Positions 47,377 to 57,961 are shown, numbered from the stretch's first letter. The stretch is DNA of 64,000 nt from an uncultured Candidatus Saccharibacteria bacterium (GCA_934717805.1 CAKUZG010000001.1:2806-66805), one strand, 5' to 3'. Translations and numbers: made by a program. Notes: generated by a model from the letters alone, not told the origin.

Positions 47377-49146
47377 ATGACATTACTAACCAACGATATT
47401 CAAGATAGGCTTGCAAAACTCCTTGTAGAAGAGGGGCTTGTTCAAGAATCTAAAATTGAGTTGGCTATTAAAGAGGCTGGTTTGAACAATCAGTCTCTAA
47501 TGTCGTATATGATTGAGCATAAACTTCTAGATAATGAAATTCTTGTTCATGCAACTTCTCACGTATCAGGAATTCCATATGTGAATCTTGAGAATACAAC
47601 AATTCCGCAAGAAACACTCGATTTAATAAATGTTGATATTGCGGAAAGAAATATGGCTGTGCCGATCGCGGAAGTACAGGGAAGAATTGCTGTGGCAATG
47701 CTTGATGCGACAAATATTCAGGCTGTCGATTATCTTTCGAGTTTAATTCAGCGTCCATTAAAAGTATTTATGGCGAGCCAAAACTCCATTAAACATGTTT
47801 TGGATCAATATAAAACCGACCTTTCAGGTGTGGATGCTTTAGCCGAAAATGTTGATGCGCAAAAACAAGCCGAGGCAGAATCGAAACGTCAAGTTCAGAC
47901 GATTGTTCAAGATTCACCAATTTCGAAAGCATTAAATACAATTTTGGAATATGCGGTTCGTGCAAAAGCATCTGATATTCACATCGAGCCACTCGAGAAA
48001 TCTCTAAAAATTCGCTGTCGAATCGATGGTGTTTTGCGTGAGATAATGAATCTTCCAAAAGCGATCGAACCAGCTTTGATTTCGCGAATTAAAATTCTTT
48101 CAAACTTAAAAATCGATGAACACCGAATTCCGCAAGACGGTCAGTTTGCTGTGGCTGTTGGTGGAAAAGAAGTTGACCTTCGTATCGCTATTTCTCCAGT
48201 TGTTTGGGGTGAACAGGTGGTAATTCGTTTACTCGATAAAACAGGCAATTCATTTAATCTTGAAGATATGGGTTATGCTGGCCGAGCACTTCGAACAATC
48301 TTAAAGGGAATTTCAGCACCAAACGGAATGGTATTGACCTCTGGTCCAACGGGTTCTGGTAAGTCAACATCGCTTTATGCTTTGATTAAAAAGATCAAAG
48401 ATGATTCGGTGAATATTATCACACTTGAAGACCCAGTTGAATATAAAATGGATGGAGTTAATCAGATTCAAGTGAACCCTGAAGTTGGTCTAACTTTCGC
48501 TGCTGGTCTTCGCTCGATTTTGCGTCTTGACCCAGATATTGTGATGGTTGGAGAAATCCGTGATAGTGAAACTGCAAACCTAGCTGTGCAGGCGGCGCTT
48601 ACAGGGCACTTGGTTTTCTCGACACTACACACTAACTCTGCTGCCGGAATTCTTCCACGATTGATTGATATGGGAATCGAACCCTTCTTGATTGCTTCAA
48701 CGGTGAACACGATTATTGGTCAGCGTTTGGTGCGTCGGGTTGCGCCAAAACGAAACACTTATCAATCTTCACCACTTCAAACACAAAGTATTATTGAAAC
48801 CGTTGGTCACTTATTGCCAAAAACACCAGAAGAAGTTGAAAAGGTTTCTGCTGATCTTGGATATAAAAATCTACCGCTCGCAAACCAAAAGTCTTATACT
48901 CTTGTAAAAGGTCGCGATACGCCGCAAACGCCAGGTGGATATCAAGGCCGTGCAGGTTTGTATGAAGTTATGGAGGTGACGGAAGAAATTCAGCAGTTAA
49001 TCATTAAACATGCAACTTCACATGAAGTTCAAAAAGTTGCAATGAAACAGGGAATGATTACAATGCGACAAGATGGTTATCTTAAAGCATTAACAGGAAT
49101 CACAACAATAGAAGAAGTAAACAGGGTTGCGTCTGATAGCGCATAA
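47377..49146 (+). CDS. pilB: type IV pilus assembly ATPase PilB (GspE family)
   Basis: Walker A GPTGSGKST, Asp box, Walker B, His box (TGHLVFSTLHTN). Confidence 0.93.
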   Translation: MTLLTNDIQDRLAKLLVEEGLVQESKIELAIKEAGLNNQSLMSYMIEHKLLDNEILVHATSHVSGIPYVNLENTTIPQETLDLINVDIAERNMAVPIAEVQGRIAVAMLDATNIQAVDYLSSLIQRPLKVFMASQNSIKHVLDQYKTDLSGVDALAENVDAQKQAEAESKRQVQTIVQDSPISKALNTILEYAVRAKASDIHIEPLEKSLKIRCRIDGVLREIMNLPKAIEPALISRIKILSNLKIDEHRIPQDGQFAVAVGGKEVDLRIAISPVVWGEQVVIRLLDKTGNSFNLEDMGYAGRALRTILKGISAPNGMVLTSGPTGSGKSTSLYALIKKIKDDSVNIITLEDPVEYKMDGVNQIQVNPEVGLTFAAGLRSILRLDPDIVMVGEIRDSETANLAVQAALTGHLVFSTLHTNSAAGILPRLIDMGIEPFLIASTVNTIIGQRLVRRVAPKRNTYQSSPLQTQSIIETVGHLLPKTPEEVEKVSADLGYKNLPLANQKSYTLVKGRDTPQTPGGYQGRAGLYEVMEVTEEIQQLIIKHATSHEVQKVAMKQGMITMRQDGYLKALTGITTIEEVNRVASDSA

Positions 49147-49158
49147 AAGGGGAGGAAT

Positions 49159-50226
49159 ATGAATCAAAATTTAAGAATTGAAATTTTACTTGAAGAAATC
49201 GTTCGAAAAAATGCGAGCGACCTTCATTTGCAAGTTGGTTTGCCACCAATGATGCGTTTGGATGGCGTTTTGGCGCCATTTCCAGGTTATAACCCGTTAA
49301 ATGCTGAAGAAGTTGAACGGTTGGTTTTTGCTATTCTTGATGATGACCAGCAAAAAATCTTAATCAAAGATAAAGAATTCGACTTTTCTTTCGCTTTTGG
49401 CGACCTTGGACGTTTTCGTGTGAATGCTTTTCATGAACGTGGAAATCTAGCAGCTTCATTGCGTTTGATTCCAAATCAAATTAAAACAATTGCTGAACTA
49501 GGTATGCCGCCAGTTATTCAATCTTTTGCGGATTTTCCACGGGGATTAGTTTTGGTTACAGGCCCAACAGGTTCTGGTAAATCAACAACTTTGGCTGCAT
49601 TGATTGATAAGATTAATAATGAAAAAGCTCAACACATTATTACAATTGAAGACCCAATTGAATTTACGCATAAATCAAAGCGATCTGCAATTGTTCAGCG
49701 TGAAGTTCACTATGACACATATTCGTTCTCGGCTGCGCTACGAAGTGCACTTCGTCAGGATCCAGATGTTGTTCTAATTGGTGAGATGCGTGATCTTGAA
49801 ACTATTTCTGCAGCGATTACAATTGCTGAAACTGGTCACTTGGTGTTTGCGACACTTCACACCAACTCTGCCTCGCAATCTATTGATCGTATGATTGATG
49901 TTTTTCCACCACATCAACAACCTCAAATTCGTTCACAGCTTGCAAACATTATTCAGGGAATCTGTGCTCAACGTTTGATTCCTGCAATCGGTGGTGGTCG
50001 AGTTGTTGCGGCTGAAGTTATGGTTGCGAACCCTGCAATTCGAAACATTATTCGTGAAGGAAAATCTCACCAACTTGATACAATAATTCAAACTGGTGGA
50101 GATCAGGGAATGCAAACAATGGATCGCACGCTTGTTAAACTTGTACAATCTGGTGTGATTACTTATGATGATGCACGTGAATTTGCAGTTGATTTAGTTG
50201 AATTTGAAAGATTAATGAGAGGCTAA
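49159..50226 (+). CDS. pilT: twitching-motility retraction ATPase PilT
   Basis: GPTGSGKSTT, TGHLVFATLHTN, AIRNIIREGK (PilT signature). Confidence 0.93.
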   Translation: MNQNLRIEILLEEIVRKNASDLHLQVGLPPMMRLDGVLAPFPGYNPLNAEEVERLVFAILDDDQQKILIKDKEFDFSFAFGDLGRFRVNAFHERGNLAASLRLIPNQIKTIAELGMPPVIQSFADFPRGLVLVTGPTGSGKSTTLAALIDKINNEKAQHIITIEDPIEFTHKSKRSAIVQREVHYDTYSFSAALRSALRQDPDVVLIGEMRDLETISAAITIAETGHLVFATLHTNSASQSIDRMIDVFPPHQQPQIRSQLANIIQGICAQRLIPAIGGGRVVAAEVMVANPAIRNIIREGKSHQLDTIIQTGGDQGMQTMDRTLVKLVQSGVITYDDAREFAVDLVEFERLMRG

Positions 50227-50227
50227 A

Positions 50228-51433
50228 ATGAAAAAGTTTTCCTACAAAGTAAAAGATAAAGTTACTGGAAAGATTGTTAAGGGTGAAATTTCGGCAGATA
50301 GCAAGCGCGCTGCTGGAAAAGCCTTGATTGATCAAGGGTATATTCTTGAAGATGATATTTATGAAGTTGGTCAAGAAAACCCACTAAACCGATTTTTGAA
50401 TCGAATTACAACTAAGGATAAAATTGTTTTCACGCGTCAGTTTGCAACCTTGATCGGTGCTGGATTGCCGCTTGCGCAAGCTCTTCGAACGATTTCAGAA
50501 CAAACTGAAAATAAAAAAATGCGTTCAGTTGTTGATGAAATTTTAGCGTCTGTTGAAAGTGGTTCAAGCTTGAAAGATGCTTTTTCGAAATTTCCAGAAG
50601 TATTCGATAAAGTTTATCTTGCTTTGATTGCTGCCGGTGAAATGTCGGGAACACTTGACGAATCTCTTCGCCGTATCGCAACACAACAAGAGAAAGATGC
50701 CGCAATGATGAGTAAAATCCGCGGAGCTTTAACTTATCCGATCATTGTGCTTGTGGTTATTGCGCTTGTAATGGCTTTCATGATGATTCAAGTTGTGCCA
50801 CAGGTTAAACAGCTCTATAAAGATATGCACCAAACTTTGCCGATAGCAACAGAAATACTTATTGGTATTTCAGATTTTATGATTAACTTTTGGTGGCTTA
50901 TCATTATTGTTGCTGGTATTGGTATTTATTTCTTCCGCCAATATCTTAAGACTGAATCAGGGATCAAATTTGCTGCAAACTTCAAACTAAACGTCCCATT
51001 GTTTAGCCCACTTTTTCGAAAGCTTTATATGGCTCGATTCACACGAACTGGTCAACTTTTGCTTTCGACTGGCGTTCAAATGCTTGATATGCTAAATATT
51101 TGTGGTGACGCAATGAATAATGTTGTTGTGAAGAAAAGCGTTGATGATGCAGCTAAACTTGTTCAAGGTGGTAAAAGCCTTTCTGAATCATTAAAAGGTA
51201 AGGATTATATCTTGGATATGGTTCCACAGATGATCAATATTGGTGAACAATCTGGTAAAATTGATGAAATGCTTGGAAAAACAGCTCAAGTTTATGAAGA
51301 TGAGCTGGATGAACAGATTAAAGCGATTTCAACCTTGATTGAACCAATCTTGATGGTTGTAATGGCATTAATGGCCGGCGGTTTGATTGGTGCAATTCTG
51401 TTCCCAATCTACTCATTGGTTACAAAAGTTTAA
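50228..51433 (+). CDS. pilC: type IV pilus platform protein PilC (GspF family)
   Basis: Two T2SS-F repeats, three TM segments, 401 aa. Confidence 0.92.
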   Translation: MKKFSYKVKDKVTGKIVKGEISADSKRAAGKALIDQGYILEDDIYEVGQENPLNRFLNRITTKDKIVFTRQFATLIGAGLPLAQALRTISEQTENKKMRSVVDEILASVESGSSLKDAFSKFPEVFDKVYLALIAAGEMSGTLDESLRRIATQQEKDAAMMSKIRGALTYPIIVLVVIALVMAFMMIQVVPQVKQLYKDMHQTLPIATEILIGISDFMINFWWLIIIVAGIGIYFFRQYLKTESGIKFAANFKLNVPLFSPLFRKLYMARFTRTGQLLLSTGVQMLDMLNICGDAMNNVVVKKSVDDAAKLVQGGKSLSESLKGKDYILDMVPQMINIGEQSGKIDEMLGKTAQVYEDELDEQIKAISTLIEPILMVVMALMAGGLIGAILFPIYSLVTKV

Positions 51434-51450
51434 TTTTCGAAAGGGAGAGA

Positions 51451-52350
51451 GTGGAGAATTTTCTATTAAGTTTATGTTTCGGGGCGCTTGGTGCTGTTTT
51501 TGGCAGTTTTGCTGTAGCTCAAGTTTGGCGTTTGCGTGCCAAGCAACTTCAAGATGAAAAAACTTCTGGCGAAAAAATCGACGCCGCCGAATGGAAAAAA
51601 CTCTGCTCGCTTGTTTCGGTCAGTCCAAAAAATGATCGTTCACACTGTTTAAATTGTGGTTATCAATTAAAATGGTACGATTTAATTCCGGTTATTTCTT
51701 GGCTTTCACTTGGTGGAAAATGTCGAAAATGCCACTCAAAAATTGGCGCAACTGAATTTTTAACCGAAGTTTCAATGTTTGCGCTTTTTGCAATTATTTT
51801 CTTAGTTTTTAATCCACTATCTGGCGCAGGCTTTCCACTTTTTGGATTCTTTCGACTTTTGATTCTGTTTTTGGCATTTATTCCGCTCGCAATTATGTTT
51901 ATTTATGATGCAAGATGGTCACTTCTACCAACTAAAGTTATTTGGGCTTTTAACTTTTTTGCATTCATTTATTGGATAACAGCATTTGCCAACACTACAA
52001 ATGGTTTTAATCTTTTATCGATATTTAACATTGCAATCTCAATGACACTTTTTCCACTAGTTTATTTTGTGTTAGCTAAAATTTCGAAAGAGGAATGGGT
52101 TGGCGGTGGTGATTGGATTTTGGCGATCGGTTTGATTTTTCTTTTACCAAATCAGCCAATCTTTGCAATGCTTTTATTATTCCTTTCGAATTTTGTTGGT
52201 TTAATTTTTGCGCTATTCCAATCAATTCTGCAGTTTAAAAAAATTAAACGGGGAATAAGAATTCCATTCGGTCCAGCCATGATTTTGGCCACATTGATTT
52301 TGTTAATTTTCCAACAATTTTTATTAATTTTTACAAGTTTTATTATGTAA
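51451..52350 (+). CDS. pilD: prepilin peptidase (A24 family) PilD
   Basis: N-terminal CxxC...CxxC (CLNCGY...CRKCHS), polytopic membrane domain with GGGD. GTG start after AAGGGAGAGA. Confidence 0.88.
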   Translation: MENFLLSLCFGALGAVFGSFAVAQVWRLRAKQLQDEKTSGEKIDAAEWKKLCSLVSVSPKNDRSHCLNCGYQLKWYDLIPVISWLSLGGKCRKCHSKIGATEFLTEVSMFALFAIIFLVFNPLSGAGFPLFGFFRLLILFLAFIPLAIMFIYDARWSLLPTKVIWAFNFFAFIYWITAFANTTNGFNLLSIFNIAISMTLFPLVYFVLAKISKEEWVGGGDWILAIGLIFLLPNQPIFAMLLLFLSNFVGLIFALFQSILQFKKIKRGIRIPFGPAMILATLILLIFQQFLLIFTSFIM

Positions 52351-52383
52351 AATTAAAAAGCTTATGGTATAATAGGAGTAATT

Positions 52384-53361
52384 ATGAAAAACTTAAAGAC
52401 GAAAAAAGCTTTTACAATTATTGAAGTGATGCTGGTTGTTAGCATCTCTGGTTTAATGTTGGTAACAATGCTAGTTGGTTGGAATGCTAATATTGAACGC
52501 CAACGCTATAACGATTCTGTGAATACTTTCAAATCGGATATTCAGGGAATTTTTAGTGATGTCGAAAATCAAACAAACGATAAAACTCAACGAATTAATT
52601 GTAATACAAATGGTCCTAATGTCAGAATTAGTAGTAGTAATAAGGGTGGTGTAGCAACCGGTGCAAGTGATTGTATTATTTTAGGTAAATTTATCTCATT
52701 TGGTGGAAATACAGCAGCTAGTCAAAATAGCTATCAGGTTTATGATGTCATTGGTAAAGATATTAATGTTAATCGAGATTGCAACAATAGACCTTGTAAT
52801 AATAATATAGATGCTTTAAGGGCTACAAGGTTTGTTTTAGATGGGGGAAGCAACCGAATTAATGGTCCTAAGGATATGGAACTCCAATGGCGTGCGCAGA
52901 TTAGAAATGTTACAGATAACCGAAGAAGTTCAGGTTTGCGTCGTCGTTTTAGTGGGGGTGCTCCTATTTTAGTTAGATCAACAGATGTAGTAACAGGTGT
53001 TTTAATTTTAAGATCTCCACTAGATAACTCAATAATTGTTTTTGGCGCTCCAGGGGATGTTTCTACAGGAGGTATTCTTAATGATGATATAATAATTCCA
53101 AACTTTCGAAATACTGTTATTAATCAAGATTGGGCTGTTAATAATAATAAAACAGTAAATATTTGTGTTCAGCCTGCTACTTCAGGTAATGTTGTTGGAT
53201 TTAACTTTTTTGGTGGTAGAAACAAGATTGTCAAAATTGGACCTTCAGCATCTTCGGTCGAAATTGCACCACTAGATGGACCAAACGGTTCTTCTTGCGG
53301 TAATGATTCTAGTAGTGGATCTCAGTTTAACGATGTAATAATTAATGGAGCGAACTTATAA
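52384..53361 (+). CDS. type IV (pre)pilin, large
   Basis: Class III signal KKAFTIIEVMLVVSISGLML (E at +5). Confidence 0.85.
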   Translation: MKNLKTKKAFTIIEVMLVVSISGLMLVTMLVGWNANIERQRYNDSVNTFKSDIQGIFSDVENQTNDKTQRINCNTNGPNVRISSSNKGGVATGASDCIILGKFISFGGNTAASQNSYQVYDVIGKDINVNRDCNNRPCNNNIDALRATRFVLDGGSNRINGPKDMELQWRAQIRNVTDNRRSSGLRRRFSGGAPILVRSTDVVTGVLILRSPLDNSIIVFGAPGDVSTGGILNDDIIIPNFRNTVINQDWAVNNNKTVNICVQPATSGNVVGFNFFGGRNKIVKIGPSASSVEIAPLDGPNGSSCGNDSSSGSQFNDVIINGANL

Positions 53362-53960
53362 TGAAAACTCAAAAAGGTGATACGCTAGTTGAAGTTCTTC
53401 TTGCTATGGCGGTTTTTGCTGTAGTAATGATGATTGGGTTATCGACAATGAACAATGGAATGTCGCGAGCTTTAGCAAGTTTACAGTTAACAATGGCGCG
53501 TAATACAATGGATTCGCAGGCCGAAGCTCTGCGTTTTGCAAATGCGGCGTATATTTCAGAATTTCGTTCCGATGGGGGAGCTGTAACTAGTGCGGCAGCT
53601 CGGGTTTGGCAAGATCAGCTAACTGCAGGAGCTCAAGGCGCAGCTACTCCGCTCGATGCTTGTAGTCGTGGCACAAGTGCGTTTGTGCTTTCGCGCAATG
53701 ATTTATCTTACCATAGTGAAGCAATAACAAATGCAGTAACTTATCCGCGAATAGCTTATGGAACTGATGCGGATTCAAATGCAATCACGAATCCAAGTGC
53801 TGGTTATAGGCGATCTGAAGGTATTTGGGTTGAAAAAGTTCACCGAGCTAATACAAATTATTATGATTTTCATATCCGTGCTTGTTGGTCTGCGCCGGGA
53901 AGCAATGTTAATACAACACTTGGAACGATTGTGAGGTTATATGATCCAGCAAGGAAATAA
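53361..53960 (+). CDS. prepilin-type protein (minor pilin-like)
   Basis: N-terminus KGDTLVEVLLAMAVFAV. Confidence 0.75.
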   Translation: MKTQKGDTLVEVLLAMAVFAVVMMIGLSTMNNGMSRALASLQLTMARNTMDSQAEALRFANAAYISEFRSDGGAVTSAAARVWQDQLTAGAQGAATPLDACSRGTSAFVLSRNDLSYHSEAITNAVTYPRIAYGTDADSNAITNPSAGYRRSEGIWVEKVHRANTNYYDFHIRACWSAPGSNVNTTLGTIVRLYDPARK

Positions 53961-54639
53961 AAAAGGTTTTACAATTATGGAATTGATGCTCGCAATGGGC
54001 GTGATTGCTTTTTTGCTGCTTTCGGTTGCGGGCTTAATTATCCAAATGACAAACACCATTACGCGTGGAACAACCTATAAAGATCTAAATGCAGCTTCTC
54101 GAACGATTAATGCAGATCTAACAAAAACATTTAATTCAACATCTGTTCTTGATGGATGGGATGGTCAAAACAATAATAATGAATATTATAGGGTTGTTGG
54201 CGGTTCGGGTGCATTTTGTACAGGCTCGGTGAGTTATTTATGGAACACTAACTTTAGAGATTCAAGCGCATTAATTGTTTATGCTAGAGATAACAATCCG
54301 GTTCGGTTTGTTAAAGTTCGTGATACCGCAAAAAGTTACTGTTCAAACAATGCTCAGAGTACGGTTTGGAGGAATGTTCCTCGCAACGATACAGTTACTG
54401 AAATTTTGAGCAATAATGAAGTTAATCTTCAGCTTCACAGTATATCATTTACTTCAGGAGGGAATTTGATTAGCTCATCTTCAAATCAAATGATTGTAAA
54501 TATCGCCTATGTTTTAGGAACGCCGAATAATGACGACATTCGACTTAATGCTGGAAGTAGAAACTGTGAAGGCAACGTTAAAAGTAATTATTGCGCAATT
54601 AATAAATTTGAGCTCACTGTAAGAACTCTTGGTAGATAA
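53941..54639 (+). CDS. prepilin-type protein (minor pilin-like)
   Basis: N-terminus KKGFTIMELMLAMGVIAFLLL. Confidence 0.8.
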   Translation: MIQQGNKKGFTIMELMLAMGVIAFLLLSVAGLIIQMTNTITRGTTYKDLNAASRTINADLTKTFNSTSVLDGWDGQNNNNEYYRVVGGSGAFCTGSVSYLWNTNFRDSSALIVYARDNNPVRFVKVRDTAKSYCSNNAQSTVWRNVPRNDTVTEILSNNEVNLQLHSISFTSGGNLISSSSNQMIVNIAYVLGTPNNDDIRLNAGSRNCEGNVKSNYCAINKFELTVRTLGR

Positions 54640-54668
54640 ACAAAAAGCGGCTTTTTCGAAAGTCGCTT

Positions 54669-55586
54669 TTATTCTGTTTCGCTATGAAATCGTTCGTGGA
54701 TTTCTTTCAAATGTTGATCAGTAATGTGTGTATAAATTTGTGTTGTTGCGATACTCGCGTGTCCAAGCATACCTTGAACTGAGCGTAAATCTGCGCCATT
54801 CACGAGCAAATCTGTTGCAAAAGAATGGCGCATTGTGTGCGGAGAAACGTGTTTCGTGATTCCTGCTAGGCGCGCGTATTTTTCAACCATTCTCTGAACT
54901 GAGCGGGCAGTAATTCGGCGGTAATTTCCATCTGTTGATGGTTTTTTATAGCGTTTCGAATAATTCAAAAATAACGGCTGAAGGTTATCTTCTCGTGCTT
55001 GCAAGTAATTTTCAATATGTTCGGCAGCTTTTTTCGAAATAAAAATTGGGCGATCTTTGTTTCCTTTTCCGCGAACCGTAAACTCACGTCGTTTTGTGTT
55101 GATGCTTCCGCGATTTAAACTCACAAGTTCTGAAACACGGAGTCCGCTAGAAAAAAGCAGTTCAATAATTGCACGATCGCGCAAGTCGCTTTCAGTTTCG
55201 TTTGGAATTGCTGAAATTAAACGTTCAACTTCTTCGTAGTGCAAAAAATTTACTTGCGGTTTAACAATTTTTGGTAGTTCAATTTTTGAAGGTTCAAGAC
55301 TTTTAATATCTCGGCGCGAAAGGTAAGTTAAAAATCTTCGAAGCGCGATAAGATGATACGCTTGGGTAGTTCTACCTAAACTTTTGCCAGAATCATTTTC
55401 GTAACGATTGAGCCACAAGCGATATTTTCGAACAAGTTCAGAAGTGATTTCTTTAACAGGGATATCTCCCGAAAATTCCACAAGTCGCTCTAAATATAGT
55501 TGATAATTCTCGGCAGTTTTTTTCGAACGGCCACCTTCAACTTCGAGCGACTCAATAAAATCTTCAATCCCTTCAGAAATATACAT
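54669..55586 (-). CDS. tyrosine site-specific recombinase, XerC/XerD type
   Basis: R...HxxR...Y catalytic pattern (HTMRHSFATDLL, GHASIATTQIYTHI) and an N-terminal SAM-like domain. Confidence 0.88.
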   Translation of the reverse strand: MYISEGIEDFIESLEVEGGRSKKTAENYQLYLERLVEFSGDIPVKEITSELVRKYRLWLNRYENDSGKSLGRTTQAYHLIALRRFLTYLSRRDIKSLEPSKIELPKIVKPQVNFLHYEEVERLISAIPNETESDLRDRAIIELLFSSGLRVSELVSLNRGSINTKRREFTVRGKGNKDRPIFISKKAAEHIENYLQAREDNLQPLFLNYSKRYKKPSTDGNYRRITARSVQRMVEKYARLAGITKHVSPHTMRHSFATDLLVNGADLRSVQGMLGHASIATTQIYTHITDQHLKEIHERFHSETE

Positions 55587-55654
55587 AATCTTATTATAGC
55601 ATTTTTTTCGAAAAAAGAGTATAATTTTAAATATAAGCTTTAAGGAGGATTTTT

Positions 55655-56164
55655 ATGTCGAAAGAGTTAATTCAGCGAACACTAATTTTGTTCAAGCCCG
55701 ATGCGGTTCAGCGTGGAATTGTGGGCGAAATTTTAACACGTTTCGAAAGGGTTGGCTTAAAAATCATCGGTACAAAAATGATCTTTCCAAACAAAGAGCA
55801 TTATCACAAACATTACGAAGGAATCGGCAAGATGGTAACGCGCCGTGGCGAAAAAGCTTTTGATATGGCGCTGGAATTCATGACACAAGGGCCTGTGATT
55901 GCAATGGTTCTCGAAGGCGTTGAATCGGTTGAATTGGTTCGAAAACTTGTTGGCGGAACTGAACCAAAAACTGCGCTTCCGGGAACAATTCGAGGAGATT
56001 ATTCGCACATGAGTTTTGGTTATGCAAACGAACATAATGTTGGCATTCCAAATTTAATTCACGCATCGGGAAGTGTTGAAGAAGCAAAACAAGAAATTAA
56101 ACATTGGTTTGCTGATCATGAAATTTACGATTATCCTTCACCTCGAGAAAAATTTACACGTTAA
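55655..56164 (+). CDS. ndk: nucleoside-diphosphate kinase
   Basis: TLILFKPDAVQRG and the NLIHASGS active-site His region. Confidence 0.92.
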   Translation: MSKELIQRTLILFKPDAVQRGIVGEILTRFERVGLKIIGTKMIFPNKEHYHKHYEGIGKMVTRRGEKAFDMALEFMTQGPVIAMVLEGVESVELVRKLVGGTEPKTALPGTIRGDYSHMSFGYANEHNVGIPNLIHASGSVEEAKQEIKHWFADHEIYDYPSPREKFTR

Positions 56165-56207
56165 AATCTCGCTATTTTTGTAAAAATCTGTTAAAATAGA
56201 GAAGTGA

Positions 56208-56284
56208 GCCTCGGTAGCTCAATTGGATAGAGCAGTTCCGTCCTAAGGAAAAGGTTATAGGTTCGATTCCTATCCGGGGTACCA
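56208..56284 (+). tRNA. tRNA-Arg (anticodon CCT), CCA encoded
   Basis: GCCTCGG...CCGGGGT-A-CCA (G1-U72 and U4-G69 wobbles). Anticodon loop GTCCTAA, T-loop GGTTCGATTCC. Confidence 0.85.
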
Positions 56285-56296
56285 CTGATTTTATTT

Positions 56297-56812
56297 ATGA
56301 AAGAACAAATTTTTAAAGGCCAAAGAGAAGACGAAGAATTTCTCTTTATGTTTCGAAAGCATATTATTGCGATGCGCAAGGGTTTTTACCTTTTTTTGGG
56401 CGTTTTTGCAATTTCTTGTTTGCCGACTTTTTTTCTGCTAACTTCAGATAATCTAATGAATGCGCTTTGGATTGCTTGCGGTGGCTTCTTGGTTGGATTT
56501 ATGCTGTTTTTGTATCATTTCATGCTGTGGTATTATTCAATCTATATTGTTTCGAATCAGCGCATTCGTCAAATTACGCAAAAAGGATTTTTTGGCCGAA
56601 GAATGATGGATTTGCCGCTTTCGAAAATCCAAAGTGTTAATTTCGAAATTCCAGGATTTTTTGGTGATATTTTCCATTTTGGAACAATAAATATTTTTAC
56701 AATTGTGGGAGATTTAGAGATTAAAAATGTTGAACACCCAGAAGATATTTATAACAAACTTCAAGATGCGATTTCGAAAGTTGAAATAGAGGAGGAAAAT
56801 GAAGAATTTTAA
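56297..56812 (+). CDS. membrane protein with bacterial PH (bPH_2/YdbS-like) domain
   Basis: Two TM helices followed by SNQRIRQITQKGFFGRRMMDLPLSKIQSV, typical of bPH_2. Confidence 0.7.
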   Translation: MKEQIFKGQREDEEFLFMFRKHIIAMRKGFYLFLGVFAISCLPTFFLLTSDNLMNALWIACGGFLVGFMLFLYHFMLWYYSIYIVSNQRIRQITQKGFFGRRMMDLPLSKIQSVNFEIPGFFGDIFHFGTINIFTIVGDLEIKNVEHPEDIYNKLQDAISKVEIEEENEEF

Positions 56813-57797
56813 AGAAACTCAAATTGCGAAAATTACAAATACAACACTCGAAGAACAGCGTAAAGAAATTTTAAACAAAGGTAAAAAATTTAAATATCCT
56901 GTTCAGTACAGTAAAAACCGATTAGTTGGAAATGCTTTAATTATTGCTTTGGTAATCCTAGTTACTGGTTCGGGGTCTTTGATGTATCAACTATATAAGT
57001 CGCAGAATACTAGCGAATTCATCTATCGTTTTACAACAGTTATACCATTTCCAGTTGCGAATGTTGATGGCGAAAATGCACTTTATCGCGATTATTTGAT
57101 AGAATATCGTGCAAATATGCAAATTACAACAACTAAAAAAGATGAAATCGAAGGCGCCAACAACTTAAAGACTCTTTCAACTTTTAATAAAAATAAAGCA
57201 ATGAAAAACGCAATTGCGAATGCTTACGCCCAGAAAAAAGCCCGAGAATTGGGAATTTCTGTTTCAGAAAAAGAAATTGATGAGGCTTTTGATGCACAGC
57301 GAAAAACGCAGAACACTGAACTTACCGAAAGTGCGTTATATAAAATTGCTGCCGACAATTATGGTCTCTCACCAAGTGAATATCGCCGAATGTTTATTGA
57401 GTTACCGCTCCTTCGTCAAAAAGTTGCTGTAGCGATTGATAAAAATGCCGCTAATACTAGAGATGAAGTTGTAAAATATTTGAACAACAATTCTAACGAC
57501 TTTTCGAAGGCTGCCGAACAATTTGGTGATAAAATTGAATACAATAAACCTGGAAAAGTTCGAAAAACAAATATTGACGGTGGTCGCTCAAAGGTGGCTT
57601 CACAATTAAACGTTGGCGAAGTTTCGAAACCGTTTATTTCAAATGCTGGTGATGGCTACTATATCGTAAAACTTATCGAAAAAAGTGACAATGAAATTAG
57701 CTATGAATCGATAAAGATTAAGTTTACCGAATTTAATTCACAACTAGAAAAGCTTGAAAAAGAAGGTAAGGTTAAAAAATATATCAAGGTTGATTAG
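56799..57797 (+). CDS. SurA/PrsA-like chaperone with a degenerate parvulin-type PPIase domain
   Basis: N-terminal TM, SurA_N-like helical region, C-terminal GEVSKPFISNAGDGYYIVKL resembling the parvulin end. Confidence 0.55.
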   Translation: MKNFKETQIAKITNTTLEEQRKEILNKGKKFKYPVQYSKNRLVGNALIIALVILVTGSGSLMYQLYKSQNTSEFIYRFTTVIPFPVANVDGENALYRDYLIEYRANMQITTTKKDEIEGANNLKTLSTFNKNKAMKNAIANAYAQKKARELGISVSEKEIDEAFDAQRKTQNTELTESALYKIAADNYGLSPSEYRRMFIELPLLRQKVAVAIDKNAANTRDEVVKYLNNNSNDFSKAAEQFGDKIEYNKPGKVRKTNIDGGRSKVASQLNVGEVSKPFISNAGDGYYIVKLIEKSDNEISYESIKIKFTEFNSQLEKLEKEGKVKKYIKVD

Positions 57798-57810
57798 TCT
57801 GTAATAAAAA

Positions 57811-57838
57811 AGATACCTATAAAATGGGTATCTTTTTA
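57811..57838 (+). terminator. rho-independent terminator
   Basis: AGATACC-loop-GGTATCT followed by TTTTT. Confidence 0.75.
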
Positions 57839-57883
57839 AGCAAATAAAAAAACGCTCGAAAGCGATTTTTTAAAGTCTAAATT

Positions 57884-57961
57884 TGGCGCGCCCGACCGGA
57901 TTCGAACCGGCGATCTCCTCCGTGACAGGGAGGCGTACTAGGCCAGCTATACCACGAGCGC
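57884..57961 (-). tRNA. tRNA-Asp (anticodon GTC), CCA encoded
   Basis: Reverse complement reads GCGCTCG...CGGGCGC-G-CCA. Anticodon loop CTGTCAC, T-loop GGTTCGAATCC. Confidence 0.9.
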
